Origin: an uncultured Dehalococcoidales bacterium
GTDB taxonomy: Bacteria > Chloroflexota > Dehalococcoidia > GIF9 > UBA5629
Direction: 5' to 3'
NCBI GenBank assembly: GCA_964548415.1
Contig: CAZJQG010000006.1
Coordinates: forward strand, 12,548 to 76,547
DNA length: 64,000 nt
The position numbers and the translations under genes are program-made. Position 1 is the stretch's first letter; every line of letters starts with the position of its first letter. Below, in pieces: positions 1 to 10,302 of the stretch. The notes under the pieces are model-generated. The model was not told the DNA's origin, made no database searches, and saw nothing but the letters and a program-made list of their open reading frames with translations.

Positions 1-89
1 TTCAGTTCCGGGTCTCGGCTTATGCCGGCCACCACCTCCTTCCCCATTCTACCTAGAGCACCATGCACCAATACTGTTATCGGTTCCAT
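1..89 (-). CDS. dapB: 4-hydroxy-tetrahydrodipicolinate reductase, N-terminal fragment (runs off window start)
   Basis: Not in ORF track (too short). Minus-strand ATG at 87-89 preceded by GAGGGGTGGG. Reads MEPITVLVHGALGRMGKEVVAGISRDPELK, which matches the G-x-x-GRMG dinucleotide-binding N-terminus typical of DapB. Confidence 0.5.
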   Translation of the reverse strand, partial: MEPITVLVHGALGRMGKEVVAGISRDPEL

Positions 90-123
90 TTCCCACCCCT
101 CGATTTTTGATAACGTAAAGGAT

Positions 124-2334
124 TTAACGCCATTTAGGAGGCTGGCGTCGGTTATCCTTGTTGTCGCGCTTCGGACCGCCGGGTCTAAACTTCTGTTGCC
201 TTGGAGGAGGGCGATGGCTTACCGGAGGTCTTGGCGCCTCGCTGCTTCCTGGTGCCCCCGAATCCGAAAAAACTGCCCGTCTTGACAGGTTTACTCTACC
301 CAGATGATCAATTTCTATAACCTTGACCGTTATCTCATCATCCACCTTGACCACATCTTCAACCTTAGCCACATGATAGTCTGCCAGTTCGCTGATATGG
401 ACCAACCCTTCTTTACCCGGAAGTATCTCTACAAAGGCGCCGAAGTTGGTCAGACGGGTGACTTTTCCAGTATAAATCCCGCCTACTTCTACTTCCTTGG
501 TTAGACCTTCTATTTTGGCTATTGCCTTCTGAGCTGCTTCCTCGCTGGGCGAACCGATAATCACAGTACCATCGTTCTCAACGTCTATGGTGACCTTCGC
601 TTCTTCGATAATGGAACGTATAGTCTTGCCGCCCGGCCCGATGACAGCCCCTATTTTACCCGGGTCTATCGTCATCTTGTACATCCGTGGAGCGTACGGG
701 CTCAGCTCGGAGCGGCTGGCGCTGATAATCTGGCTCAGCTTACCCAATATTTCAGTATGGGCTTCCCGGGCTTGTTTGATAGCTTTGGCCAATATATCGC
801 AACTTACGCCTTTAAGTTTGATGTCCAATTGTAGGGCTGTTATCCCTTTGGCGGTTCCCGCAACCTTGAAATCCATATCCCCATAGGCGTCTTCAATGCC
901 CTCGATATCCGTCAACACGACATAGTCATTGTTATCTCCGGTTACCAGGCCCATGGCGATACCGGCTACAGGAGCTTTAATCGGCACACCCGCGTCCATC
1001 AAAGCCAGCGTTGAGCTACAGACACTTGCCATCGAGGTGCTGCCGTTGGAGCTTAGCACCTCCGATACCAGACGAATGGTATAGGAAAATTCATCCTCGG
1101 ATGGAATTATGGGCGTCAGTGCCCTCTCCGCCAGAGCGCCGTGGCCTATCTCTCTGCGCCCGGGTGAGCCTAGGCGTTTTACCTCGCCGGTAGAAAACGG
1201 AGGGAAATTGTAGTGGTGCATGAAGCGCTTGGTCTCTTCAAGCCCAAGACCGTCAATAAGTTGTTCCTGTCGAAGGGAACCAAGTGTGGTAATGGTCAAT
1301 ACCTGGGTGAGTCCCCGGTTGAATATTCCCGAACCGTGCGTCCGCGGCAGGAAACCTACCTCGCCGCTGATGGGTCGTATCTCGTTGGGTTGGCGTCCGT
1401 CTATGTGCCGTCTATTTACCATGATCAGGTCCCTGGCCGACTTCTTAATTAGGTTTTCCAGAATACCGCTTATATCGGCTTCAGGGAATTCTTCTTTAAA
1501 CTTTTCTACTGCTTCACGTTTAATATCGGCGATTGCCTTCTCACGTTTAGCTCTCTCGGCTATGCCGACTGCCCGGCCTAAAATGCCCTCGAATTCCGCC
1601 GCAAGTGAGTTCGGCAAATCAGTGGCGGCCTCGGCGGCCTTCACTTCCATCTTAGGTTTGCCGTAAGCCTGGCGCACTTTCTCCTGGATATTTAAAATGT
1701 CCTGATTAGCCTGGTGCCCGAAGTTAATTGCCTCCAGGACTATATCTTGAGCGACTTCCTTGGCACCGGCTTCCACCATAACCACCGCCTCTCTGGTGCT
1801 CACGATAACAAGATCGAGTTGGCTATCGGCTAATTGAGGCAGGGTTGGGTTTAGTACCAGTCTACCATCCAGATATCCAACACGCACTGCGGCTACCGGG
1901 CCGTAGAAGGGGATGGAGGACATATGCATGGCAGTTGAAGCCCCGTTCACAGCCAGTATATCAGGGTCATTTTCCTGGTCGGTGGACAGGACAGTAACTA
2001 CGATTTGAACATCGTTACGGAGGTTTTTATCGAAAAGCGGACGAAGACTGCGGTCGGTTAACCGTCCGGCGAGAGTGGCCTCTTCGCTTGGACGTCCCTC
2101 ACGCCTGATGAAGCTACCGGGAATTTTGCCAACAGCATAATGGCGTTCTTCGTAATCCACGGTCAAGTGAACGAAATCGCCATCGCCACGTGGCTCTTCG
2201 CTGATACAGACGGTGACTAAAACAACCGTATCGCCGTAGCGAACGGTGACGGCGCTTTCGGCTTGTGCCGCCAGCTTACCTGTATCTATAGTTAGGCACC
2301 TGCCCCCAATTTCTCCCTGGACAGACTCAGACAT
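124..2334 (-). CDS. pnp: Polyribonucleotide nucleotidyltransferase (PNPase) with basic Pro/Arg-rich C-terminal tail
   Basis: 736-aa ORF with two RNase PH-like halves, a KH (GKIGAVIGPGGKTIR) and an S1 (GKVTRLTNFGAFVEI) domain. Sits immediately downstream of rpsO, the classic arrangement. Confidence 0.97.
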   Translation of the reverse strand: MSESVQGEIGGRCLTIDTGKLAAQAESAVTVRYGDTVVLVTVCISEEPRGDGDFVHLTVDYEERHYAVGKIPGSFIRREGRPSEEATLAGRLTDRSLRPLFDKNLRNDVQIVVTVLSTDQENDPDILAVNGASTAMHMSSIPFYGPVAAVRVGYLDGRLVLNPTLPQLADSQLDLVIVSTREAVVMVEAGAKEVAQDIVLEAINFGHQANQDILNIQEKVRQAYGKPKMEVKAAEAATDLPNSLAAEFEGILGRAVGIAERAKREKAIADIKREAVEKFKEEFPEADISGILENLIKKSARDLIMVNRRHIDGRQPNEIRPISGEVGFLPRTHGSGIFNRGLTQVLTITTLGSLRQEQLIDGLGLEETKRFMHHYNFPPFSTGEVKRLGSPGRREIGHGALAERALTPIIPSEDEFSYTIRLVSEVLSSNGSTSMASVCSSTLALMDAGVPIKAPVAGIAMGLVTGDNNDYVVLTDIEGIEDAYGDMDFKVAGTAKGITALQLDIKLKGVSCDILAKAIKQAREAHTEILGKLSQIISASRSELSPYAPRMYKMTIDPGKIGAVIGPGGKTIRSIIEEAKVTIDVENDGTVIIGSPSEEAAQKAIAKIEGLTKEVEVGGIYTGKVTRLTNFGAFVEILPGKEGLVHISELADYHVAKVEDVVKVDDEITVKVIEIDHLGRVNLSRRAVFSDSGAPGSSEAPRPPVSHRPPPRQQKFRPGGPKRDNKDNRRQPPKWR

Positions 2335-2357
2335 AACCTACCCCCAACGCTACGAGT

Positions 2358-2621
2358 TTATTTTCTCAGGCCTAACTTGGAAATCAAGCTCCGATAGCCC
2401 TTAATGTCCGTCTTCGAAGCGTAGGCCAGCAGGCGCCTGCGTTGTCCTATGAGCTTCAGAAGCCCCCGGCGGGTATGATGATCGTGAGGATGTGCCTTTA
2501 AATGCTCTGAGAGCTGGTTAATCCTCTCGGTGAGCAGCGCTACCTGGACTTGCGTGGAGCCGGTATCACCATCGTGTACCTTGTACTCCGCGACAATAGC
2601 GCTCTTCTTCTCTTTGTCCAA
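2358..2621 (-). CDS. rpsO: 30S ribosomal protein S15
   Basis: 87-aa ORF containing [48 protein letters not shown], the canonical S15 sequence. Confidence 0.97.
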   Translation of the reverse strand: MDKEKKSAIVAEYKVHDGDTGSTQVQVALLTERINQLSEHLKAHPHDHHTRRGLLKLIGQRRRLLAYASKTDIKGYRSLISKLGLRK

Positions 2622-2790
2622 ATTATTCTCCTTCGATATCCGTAACGCACAATTATATCATAGCACTGGAATCTGTGCACAATCATTTCTGGAGCTATTA
2701 ACATTTACGGAAGTTATTCTTCCATAGACCAAGGAACTAGATATTACACCCCCTTAAGACCGATAAATTTACTTTAGTCAGCGGCACAAT

Positions 2791-4542
2791 ATGGGGTATA
2801 ATTACGGCATGTCCTCCCAGGTCTTTTACCGCAAATGGCGTCCTCAAAACCTATCGGAAGTAGTAGGACAAGAGCATGTAACCCAGACACTTCGCCACGC
2901 AGTGTCTGGCAGAAGGGTAGCCCATGCCTACCTTTTCTGCGGGCCTCGAGGCACAGGGAAGACCAGCACCGGCCGCATACTGGCTAAAGCTGTAAATTGC
3001 CTTAATCCAGAACAGGGCGAGCCGTGCAATAGCTGTGACTCATGCAAAGCTATAAACGAAGCCAGCGCCCCCGATATCATAGAAATAGACGCCGCCAGCA
3101 ATCGTGGCATCGATGAAATCCGCGACCTCAGAGAAAAGGTCAACTATACGCCCAACATAGCCCGCTACAAGGTCTACATCATAGACGAGGTACACATGAT
3201 AACCAAAGAGGCTTCCAATGCCTTCCTTAAAACGCTGGAAGAGCCACCTCCTCACGCCATATTCATACTGGCTACCACCGAACCGCATAAAGTGCTACCG
3301 ACTATAATGTCGCGCTGCCAGAGATTCGATTTTCACCGTCTGTCGCAATCGTCGGTTATCTCCAAGCTGAACTTTATCTGCGAAAAGGAGGATATCAAGA
3401 TCGCGCCTGAAGCCTTGAGACTGATTGCGAAGGTCACCACCGGAAGCCTACGTGACGGTGAAAATCTGCTGGAGCAATTGGTTACATACTACGGTCATGA
3501 TATCGAACTGCACCAGGTGCAGGAAATGTTGGGCATCAGCGGAGACTTACGCATTCGAGAGCTGGCCAAAAATATCGTCAACAAGGACATCACAGCCGGC
3601 CTAAAGACGATAAACAGCGTCGCCGGTGACGGGCTCGACCTCCGCCAGTTCAACCGGGAACTGGTGGACTATTTAAGAGAGTTGCTGCTGGTAAAGTCCG
3701 GCTCGGAAGAAGTTATAGACGTTACCGTCGACGACTTAATAGAGATAAAGGAACTAGCCAAGGGCGCCGGCCTTGACTACCTTTTAGTCGCTGTCAAGCG
3801 CTTCGGCGAGATCGACCTTCGCCTGGATAATTACTCCCCGCTTCCCCTGGAACTGGCGCTGGTCGATTGTGTACTTACCACAGGGGAAGCCAGAGAGCCG
3901 GTCAAAACCAAAAAGTCCGAACCTGTAGAGCCGACTGCAGAGGCCAGCCGGCCGGCCAAATCAACCAGGCAGGTACCGGAAGCAAAACATAAAGCCAAGG
4001 CGCCAGCCGAAACAGAAGTAAAGCCAGAAGCCTCGGCTGAATCAGAAGCCAAGATAGAAACTGAGGCTGATACCAAAGCGGAAGCTAAATCTGAAGCTAC
4101 AGTTCCCGCGCCGGCCAAGAGTGCCGGAACCGGAACTGAGACGAGTGAGGCCAAGGCTCCTGAGACATCGCCTTCTTCCGAGATGGAAGACATACGAAGT
4201 CGTTGGAAAGATTTTGTTAATGCCATGCGTGGCGAAGGCTCCAAAGGCAACCTGGATGCCTTCTTGCGCAGCTCCTGTGAACCCGTATCCATAGAAAACA
4301 ACACGCTGACGCTGGGTTTCTATCATAAGTTTCACAAGGAATATATCGAAGACCCCAAATACAGACATCTGGTGGAGAAGAAGCTCCGTGAGGTCTTCGG
4401 TCATTCTTACCAGGTGCGCTGCATTCTTATTGCGCCCAGGCCAAAAGTGAAGCTTGAAACGGAGAGCCCCCTCGTAAAAGCCGCCAAGGAAAACTATGGC
4501 GCTACCATCGTCGGCAGGAAGCCCAGAATGGAGGATGAATGA
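2791..4542 (+). CDS. dnaX: DNA polymerase III subunit gamma/tau
   Basis: Walker A GPRGTGKT, Zn module CNSCDSCKAI, SRC motif (MSRCQRF), and an acidic/Lys-Ala-Glu-rich linker. The start could instead be the second ATG at 2809 (MSSQVFYRKWRPQ). Confidence 0.93.
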   Translation: MGYNYGMSSQVFYRKWRPQNLSEVVGQEHVTQTLRHAVSGRRVAHAYLFCGPRGTGKTSTGRILAKAVNCLNPEQGEPCNSCDSCKAINEASAPDIIEIDAASNRGIDEIRDLREKVNYTPNIARYKVYIIDEVHMITKEASNAFLKTLEEPPPHAIFILATTEPHKVLPTIMSRCQRFDFHRLSQSSVISKLNFICEKEDIKIAPEALRLIAKVTTGSLRDGENLLEQLVTYYGHDIELHQVQEMLGISGDLRIRELAKNIVNKDITAGLKTINSVAGDGLDLRQFNRELVDYLRELLLVKSGSEEVIDVTVDDLIEIKELAKGAGLDYLLVAVKRFGEIDLRLDNYSPLPLELALVDCVLTTGEAREPVKTKKSEPVEPTAEASRPAKSTRQVPEAKHKAKAPAETEVKPEASAESEAKIETEADTKAEAKSEATVPAPAKSAGTGTETSEAKAPETSPSSEMEDIRSRWKDFVNAMRGEGSKGNLDAFLRSSCEPVSIENNTLTLGFYHKFHKEYIEDPKYRHLVEKKLREVFGHSYQVRCILIAPRPKVKLETESPLVKAAKENYGATIVGRKPRMEDE

Positions 4543-4844
4543 ACAAGTTTGTACTTCGCCAGGCACAGGACTTACAGGCTAAGCTGGCTAAAGCCCAGCA
4601 AGAACTGGCCGAGATGACGGCCGAAGTAAGCTCCGGGGGTGGAGCCATCAAGATAGTGATTAACGGCCAGCAAAGAATTCAATCGGTGACCATATCGCCC
4701 GAGGTCATCAATGCCGAAGACGTCGAGATGCTCCAGGACCTGGTGGTTGCAGCCGTTAATGAAGCTATTCAAAAGTCTCAGGATATGGCGGCCAATCATC
4801 TTAGCGGCTTGACCGCCGGCCTAAAAATCCCGGGAATGTTTTAA
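4539..4844 (+). CDS. ybaB: YbaB/EbfC family nucleoid-associated protein
   Basis: 101 aa. ATGA start/stop overlap with dnaX. Conserved dnaX-ybaB-recR order. Contains the GGGAIKIVINGQQ motif. Confidence 0.9.
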   Translation: MNKFVLRQAQDLQAKLAKAQQELAEMTAEVSSGGGAIKIVINGQQRIQSVTISPEVINAEDVEMLQDLVVAAVNEAIQKSQDMAANHLSGLTAGLKIPGMF

Positions 4845-4853
4845 GGAGCATAG

Positions 4854-5465
4854 TTGAGCACGGATTCAACCTCAACTGCTGAGCCTATTTCCAGGCTAAT
4901 CGAGGAATTCGGTAAGCTGCCGGGCATCGGGCCGAAAAGCGCTCAGCGTTTAACTTATTACCTGCTCCGGTCTCCCGCCGGTGAAGTGGCCGCCCTGGCC
5001 GACGCCATCAGGAACCTGAAAGAGAAACTGGCTCTTTGTTCCGTTTGTCTCAATATCACGGACTCCGACCCCTGCGCTGTATGCCGGGATGCAGAACGCG
5101 ACCACACTAAAATCTGCGTTGTTGAAGAGCCGATAGATATACTGCCGCTGGAACGTACCAAGAAATACAAAGGGCTTTACCATGTGCTTCATGGCGTCAT
5201 ATCGCCGTCTGACGGTATAGGCCCCGACGAGCTCAAAATAAAGGAGTTGCTGTCGCGCCTTAATGACGGCATGGTGACCGAGGTGATACTGGCGACCAAT
5301 CCAAACCTGGAAGGTGAAGCCACAGCCATGTATCTTCAGCGGCTTGTGGCCCCTCTAGGTGTAAGAATCACTCGCCTCGCCCGCGGTTTGCCCTACGGTG
5401 CCGACCTGGAATATGCTGATGATGTCACCCTCAGCCGCGCCTTAGAAGGCCGCCAGGAAATGTGA
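4854..5465 (+). CDS. recR: Recombination protein RecR
   Basis: TTG start 5 nt after AAGGAG. HhH (LPGIGPKSAQRL), C4 zinc finger (CSVCLNITDSDPCAVC) and a Toprim domain. Confidence 0.95.
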   Translation: MSTDSTSTAEPISRLIEEFGKLPGIGPKSAQRLTYYLLRSPAGEVAALADAIRNLKEKLALCSVCLNITDSDPCAVCRDAERDHTKICVVEEPIDILPLERTKKYKGLYHVLHGVISPSDGIGPDELKIKELLSRLNDGMVTEVILATNPNLEGEATAMYLQRLVAPLGVRITRLARGLPYGADLEYADDVTLSRALEGRQEM

Positions 5466-5478
5466 ACAGCCGCCGACC

Positions 5479-6249
5479 ATGACATCTCCCCGGACTTATC
5501 AAACAGAAGCCATCGTCATCAAGCGAATCAAGCTGGGCGAAGCCGATAGAATCCTCACCATTTATACACCCTCATTCGGCAAGCTGAAAGCCGTAGCCAA
5601 AGGAACGCGGCGCCCCAAAAGCAAACTCGGAGGCCACGTAGAGCTTCTGACGCACAGCCGCTTGATGCTCGCCCGCGGCCGTAACCTGGACATCATCACC
5701 CAAGCCCAGACCATCGATAACTTCTTGCCGATAAAGGATGACCTGGACCGCCTGTCACGGGGCCTTTACATGGCCGAACTCGTAGATTCATTCACCGGTG
5801 AGCATATAGAGGACCGGCATCTTTTCGACCTGCTGCTGGAAACGCTGAAACAGTTATCACAGCCAACATACTGCGAGCCAATTTTGCGATACTTCGAGTT
5901 GAATCTCCTGGACCACCTCGGCTACCGCCCTCAGCTTCAGCACTGCACTGAGTGCAACTCCCCTCTGAACCCCGAGACCAATTTCTTCAGTCCCAAAATG
6001 GGCGGCATACTCTGCCATCAATGTGGTTTCAAAGAACCGATGTCGCGGCCTCTATCGTTGAACGCCTTAAAAGTACTGCGCCTCTGGCAGAACTGTAATT
6101 TCGCCGCCGTCCTGAAGGTTAAAATAAACCGTGAGCTGGCCGCGGAACTGGAACAAGTAATGCGGGAATATATCAAGTATTTACTCGAGAAACAGCTAAA
6201 ATCCACCGCCTGGTTAGACAGACTAAAAACAGAATCCGGCCAAGTCTAA
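5479..6249 (+). CDS. recO: DNA repair protein RecO
   Basis: 256 aa. N-terminal OB fold (EAIVIKRIKLGEADRILTIYT) and a C-terminal Cys4 zinc motif (CTECNSP...CHQCG). Confidence 0.9.
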   Translation: MTSPRTYQTEAIVIKRIKLGEADRILTIYTPSFGKLKAVAKGTRRPKSKLGGHVELLTHSRLMLARGRNLDIITQAQTIDNFLPIKDDLDRLSRGLYMAELVDSFTGEHIEDRHLFDLLLETLKQLSQPTYCEPILRYFELNLLDHLGYRPQLQHCTECNSPLNPETNFFSPKMGGILCHQCGFKEPMSRPLSLNALKVLRLWQNCNFAAVLKVKINRELAAELEQVMREYIKYLLEKQLKSTAWLDRLKTESGQV

Positions 6250-6259
6250 TTTCTACAAA

Positions 6260-9200
6260 TCACTTGCTCGCCAAGACTCGATTTATTTCCGTCTTTAGCT
6301 GTTTGGCATCAAAAGGCTTGATGACGTACGGGGCCCTCGTCTTGGAAAGGAAGCTCATAGTATTCGCTCCCATTATGTCACCCGTGATAAAAACCACTTT
6401 ATCAGCCAGACCCGGCGACAGTTTTTGGAAATGGCGGTATAATTCTATACCGCTCATACCCGGCATTTTAATATCCAGCATTATAGCCTGATATTCTTTA
6501 TTGTTGTTTACCTCTTCCAAGGCTACTTCGGCGCTGTCGACAGCTCGTACCTCATGGCCCTCTTCCGCCAGAATCTCGCTTACAAACTGCCTCACCATCA
6601 GATCATCATCTACCACCAGTATTTTCGCTTTAGGGGCTTTCCTGGTTTCACGCACTATAGGCCGTGGTACTTCTGCCGACTTGGTTTCGCCAACGATGGG
6701 CAGCTCCACAATGAAAGTAGCACCCTTCCCCAGCTGGCTTTCCGCCCATATCTTGCCTTTATGCCCCGTCACTATACCATGGCAAACACTCAGGCCAAGG
6801 CCCGTCCCCTGACCAACTTTTCTAGTAGTGAAGAACGGATTAAATATACGTTCCAGGTTTTCTTTAGCTATGCCCAATCCATTATCCTTAAAAGAAATCC
6901 GCACGTTTTCACCCACTTGCTCGGTCTTGATTGCGAGTTTGCCGCCGCCGTGGACCTGCTTTACCTCCGCTTCGGCATTCATAATCAAGTTAAGGAACAC
7001 TTGCTGGATTTGGCCCGCGTCAGCCACGGTCATCGGCAGTTCCGGGTCGAGCTGGAGTATAACTTTAGTATTGCTGCTCTGCAGGGAATATGCCCGCAAC
7101 TCGAGCGTCGTAGTAATAATTTCATTAATATCAACATGGGTCCTTTCCGGCTTCGCCTGGCGGGCAAAGACGAGTAGTTTCTTAATTATGCCGGCCACCC
7201 GTTGAGCGCCCTCGTTTATCACTTCTACGTCCCGTTTTATGTCCGCAGGTATATCTTTTCTATCAAGAAGAAGGTGAGCGTAACCTATGACCGCGGTTAG
7301 CGGATTGTTAATTTCATGGGCAACACCAGAAGCCAGTTCACCTACCGAAGCCAGGCGGCTGGCAAACTGAGCTTTTTGTTCCAGTTGTTTCCTTTCTTCT
7401 TCGGCTCGCTTTCGGTCGGTAATATCGCGGCTGATTCCACGGAAGCCAACTATTACACCTTCCTCGTTGCGAATCGGAAAGATAGAATCTTCCGTTTGTA
7501 TCCTGGTGCCGTCCTTTTTAATCTGCGAGGTGTTGAACAATTTATAGGGTTCACCCGTTCGATAGACAGAATTGTAAACTCCAAATACTTGCCTTCTCGA
7601 TTCAGGTGGTATGTAAACCTTATAGCTCATACTTATTAGTTCTTCTCTGGAATACCCCAACTGGCGACACAACGCATCGTTGAAGAACGTGAAATTACCC
7701 GCCAGGTCCACCTCATAGTAGGCCTCTTCCATCTCCTCGAGCATGGTCCGGTATCTTTCCTCAGACAACCTTAGGGCTTCCATCATCTGGAGACGCTCTG
7801 TTACATCGTGACTCAAACCGCGAAAGCCTATTACATCACCCGCCTTGTTTCTCAGCGGCAAAACCGTGTCCTCGCTGGATAATATTGATCCGTCTTGCTT
7901 TATAGCTTGAATTGGAATGCCTTTTAGCGCTCTGCCGGTCTTGTAGACCTGGCTAAAAGCCTCATAAATTCGCTTAACATCCTTTGCCGGTGTATATTCC
8001 TTATAAGCCATGCCCGTTAACTGGTCTCTTGGGCGGTCAGCCTTGCGGACCAGAGCGTCATTGAAGAAAGTCAATTTGCCGGAAAGGTCCAATTCGTAAT
8101 AAGCCTCTTCCATTTCATCCAGTACCGTTCGGTACCTTTCTTCCGAGCGTTGTAAATCTTCTATCATTTGCAGACGTGTACTTACATCGCGGCCGATTCC
8201 ACGGAAACCGGTAATCTCGCCTGCCTCATTCCGTATTGGAAAAACAGATATTTCACCCTGCCCGATACCACCGTCTTTCCTTACAATTTTGAAAACAAAG
8301 TCGCGCAACGGTTGTCCCTTACGATATACCCGGTTAAAAGCCTCATAAACCGCCGCCACATCATCAATCGCGGTGATGTTTCGATTATTCATGCCTACAA
8401 GTTCTTCTCTCGGATACCCCAGCTGCCCGCAGACTGCATCGTTCACAAATGTGAAATTGCCGGCAAGATCGACTTCAAAATAGCCGTCCTCCATCTCTTC
8501 CAAAATTGTCCGGTATCTCTCCTCCGATTGTTTTAAGGCGTTCTCTGCCTGATTGCGCTCTGTTATGTCAACAGCACTAATTAAAAATCCTGTCTCCTTG
8601 CCGCCTTCTACCACCACATGATAACCGCCTGGAAAGAAAAAAGTTCTTGGCCCCTGTTTAGTAATGACATCAAACTCAGTAGCCGCCGCGCGTTCGCCCT
8701 GCAAACCACCGGCGATGGCCTCCGCCGCCTTTTGAGCACTGTCGGGTGTGAAAAATTCAAGTAAATTTTTACCGATTATCTCGTCCTTGTTATACCCGTA
8801 GAGCTTCGCCGCCGCCTCATTAGCATCTATTATTGTGCCGTCTAATCCAACCAGCGCGTTGGCTACCTGGCTATATTCAAAAAGGTACCTGTACCTGGCT
8901 TCCCTCTCCTTCAGGGCTTGTTCCGTTTGTTTGCGCTCCGTGATGTCGCGGGCCGAACTGAAAAGAAGCATGTTGCCATCTATTTCGACAGCTCTGGTAT
9001 TAATTTCCAGCGGTACTATGGAGCCGTCCTTACGATAATGGTCTATTTGGTAAACATCAGCTCCCTCGAAGACGATTTGCTTGATTTGCTTCTCAAACAG
9101 CTCGGTGGAGTCGTTCACCCGCAATTTACGCATATTTATTTTAAGCAATTCGTCCTTCGGATAACCGTGTGTCCGGGCGGCAGCCTCGTTAACATAAGCC

Positions 9201-9406
9201 AAATGTCCGTCAACATCATGAACAAATATGGGATCGATAGTGCTTTCCAAAATCTGGACCGATTTGTCCAATATCTGGTCACGAAGTTTGATATCGTGTT
9301 TTACGCGCTTATATTCGGCTTGGACTACCTCCAATTCGGCAATCCGCTTCTTTAGAGATTTCAAATCATCTGAGGGTTGTTTTTTTGTTTTCTGGTTACC
9401 CGTCAT
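6260..9406 (-). CDS. Multi-PAS hybrid sensor histidine kinase/response regulator
   Basis: 1048 aa. N-terminal coiled coil, at least 5 PAS/PAC modules, HisKA (ELASGVAHEINNPL), HATPase (GTGLGLSVCHGIV) and a C-terminal receiver (ILVVDDD...DIKMPGMSG). Confidence 0.9.
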   Translation of the reverse strand: MTGNQKTKKQPSDDLKSLKKRIAELEVVQAEYKRVKHDIKLRDQILDKSVQILESTIDPIFVHDVDGHLAYVNEAAARTHGYPKDELLKINMRKLRVNDSTELFEKQIKQIVFEGADVYQIDHYRKDGSIVPLEINTRAVEIDGNMLLFSSARDITERKQTEQALKEREARYRYLFEYSQVANALVGLDGTIIDANEAAAKLYGYNKDEIIGKNLLEFFTPDSAQKAAEAIAGGLQGERAAATEFDVITKQGPRTFFFPGGYHVVVEGGKETGFLISAVDITERNQAENALKQSEERYRTILEEMEDGYFEVDLAGNFTFVNDAVCGQLGYPREELVGMNNRNITAIDDVAAVYEAFNRVYRKGQPLRDFVFKIVRKDGGIGQGEISVFPIRNEAGEITGFRGIGRDVSTRLQMIEDLQRSEERYRTVLDEMEEAYYELDLSGKLTFFNDALVRKADRPRDQLTGMAYKEYTPAKDVKRIYEAFSQVYKTGRALKGIPIQAIKQDGSILSSEDTVLPLRNKAGDVIGFRGLSHDVTERLQMMEALRLSEERYRTMLEEMEEAYYEVDLAGNFTFFNDALCRQLGYSREELISMSYKVYIPPESRRQVFGVYNSVYRTGEPYKLFNTSQIKKDGTRIQTEDSIFPIRNEEGVIVGFRGISRDITDRKRAEEERKQLEQKAQFASRLASVGELASGVAHEINNPLTAVIGYAHLLLDRKDIPADIKRDVEVINEGAQRVAGIIKKLLVFARQAKPERTHVDINEIITTTLELRAYSLQSSNTKVILQLDPELPMTVADAGQIQQVFLNLIMNAEAEVKQVHGGGKLAIKTEQVGENVRISFKDNGLGIAKENLERIFNPFFTTRKVGQGTGLGLSVCHGIVTGHKGKIWAESQLGKGATFIVELPIVGETKSAEVPRPIVRETRKAPKAKILVVDDDLMVRQFVSEILAEEGHEVRAVDSAEVALEEVNNNKEYQAIMLDIKMPGMSGIELYRHFQKLSPGLADKVVFITGDIMGANTMSFLSKTRAPYVIKPFDAKQLKTEINRVLASK

Positions 9407-9519
9407 CTACCACCTCCTGAAAGAGGAACGGATATTGTTCATCTACAGGGGATTAATCGCACCCGCTATTTCTACTACCTTTGACCCGGGATGTCAAGAT
9501 TATTTTATTCCACCTTATC

Positions 9520-9987
9520 TTAGCTTTCTTTAGCACTAGACCGGAAGCCAGGGGTTTTATTCATAAAGAAAAGCTGTAAAAAGTAGGCAGCGTAACAGCC
9601 GATAAAAGCGTCTGACATTTGGCCCAGGGGCCAGCGGTCGGTAAACCCGGATTTGACAAACAAATAGCCGCCCATAGCGGCTGTCGCTGTAATAATAAAA
9701 CCGAGAACCGCGAAGAGCCTTACATATTTGCTCCAGAGCCGTAAAAAGGCGAAGATCAGCACCAAAATTGAAAGCAGCCCTATAACGAATCCCATTATTC
9801 TATGATATAAAACCAGCTTAACCAGGAATACAATTAAAATCTGGCTTAAGCCGGCCGGGCCGCCGGGCAAAATAATAAAGTAAGTAATCCAATTTCCGCT
9901 TATACCCTGAAGTGTTAGTAGCGCCAGAATCACACCTGTCAATGCCCACAAAGTTACTGATAATTTGCGCTGTGAATTTTCACTCAT
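9520..9987 (-). CDS. Integral membrane protein (about 4 TM), function unknown
   Basis: 155-aa hydrophobic ORF, last gene of the co-directional block. Confidence 0.55.
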   Translation of the reverse strand: MSENSQRKLSVTLWALTGVILALLTLQGISGNWITYFIILPGGPAGLSQILIVFLVKLVLYHRIMGFVIGLLSILVLIFAFLRLWSKYVRLFAVLGFIITATAAMGGYLFVKSGFTDRWPLGQMSDAFIGCYAAYFLQLFFMNKTPGFRSSAKES

Positions 9988-10047
9988 GAAAAGCCTCCAA
10001 ACTTTTACTGTCTGCTCCTAAAATCATTGTGGCATCTTTTTCTGTAT

Positions 10048-10302
10048 TCAACTCACGCCCTCGGTGTTACGGCGCTTTCCCGTTTGTTGATAGATGTGCA
10101 AACCCAGGAGAACTACAAAGGGAATTATCAGTTCGTCATGAATCTGGAAAGCCAGGGCTTTGCCCAGAAGCCCGAAGGTTAAAAACTCGACTATTCTAAA
10201 GGCTGTAATACCGAAACCGGTCAAGACGTACAGGACGAGCACAGCCAGCAGCAACCAGTGTACCGCCTGTTTGGCTATGTTTTCCTTTAGTACATTTCTC
10301 AT
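10048..10302 (-). CDS. Small 2-TM membrane protein with conserved-looking His residues, translationally coupled to the Moco oxidoreductase
   Basis: 84 aa. Its start overlaps the upstream stop by 4 nt (10299-10302). Two hydrophobic helices with His in or near the helices (VHWLL, FQIHDEL, LGLHIY). Confidence 0.55.
   Translation of the reverse strand: MRNVLKENIAKQAVHWLLLAVLVLYVLTGFGITAFRIVEFLTFGLLGKALAFQIHDELIIPFVVLLGLHIYQQTGKRRNTEGVS

Noticed and set aside
2622-2790. SRP RNA (ffs) upstream of dnaX, as in several Firmicutes.
   Set aside because: No GGAAGCAGCC-type conserved helix-8 motif or extended hairpin is present. The region looks like a plain divergent promoter spacer.
2797-2811. TATAAT at 2797-2802 inside the annotated dnaX 5' end, 6 nt before the second ATG (2809): a possible leaderless dnaX mRNA.
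   Set aside because: No convincing -35 element lies 16-18 nt upstream (TTAGTC at best). I cannot choose between the two starts from sequence alone.
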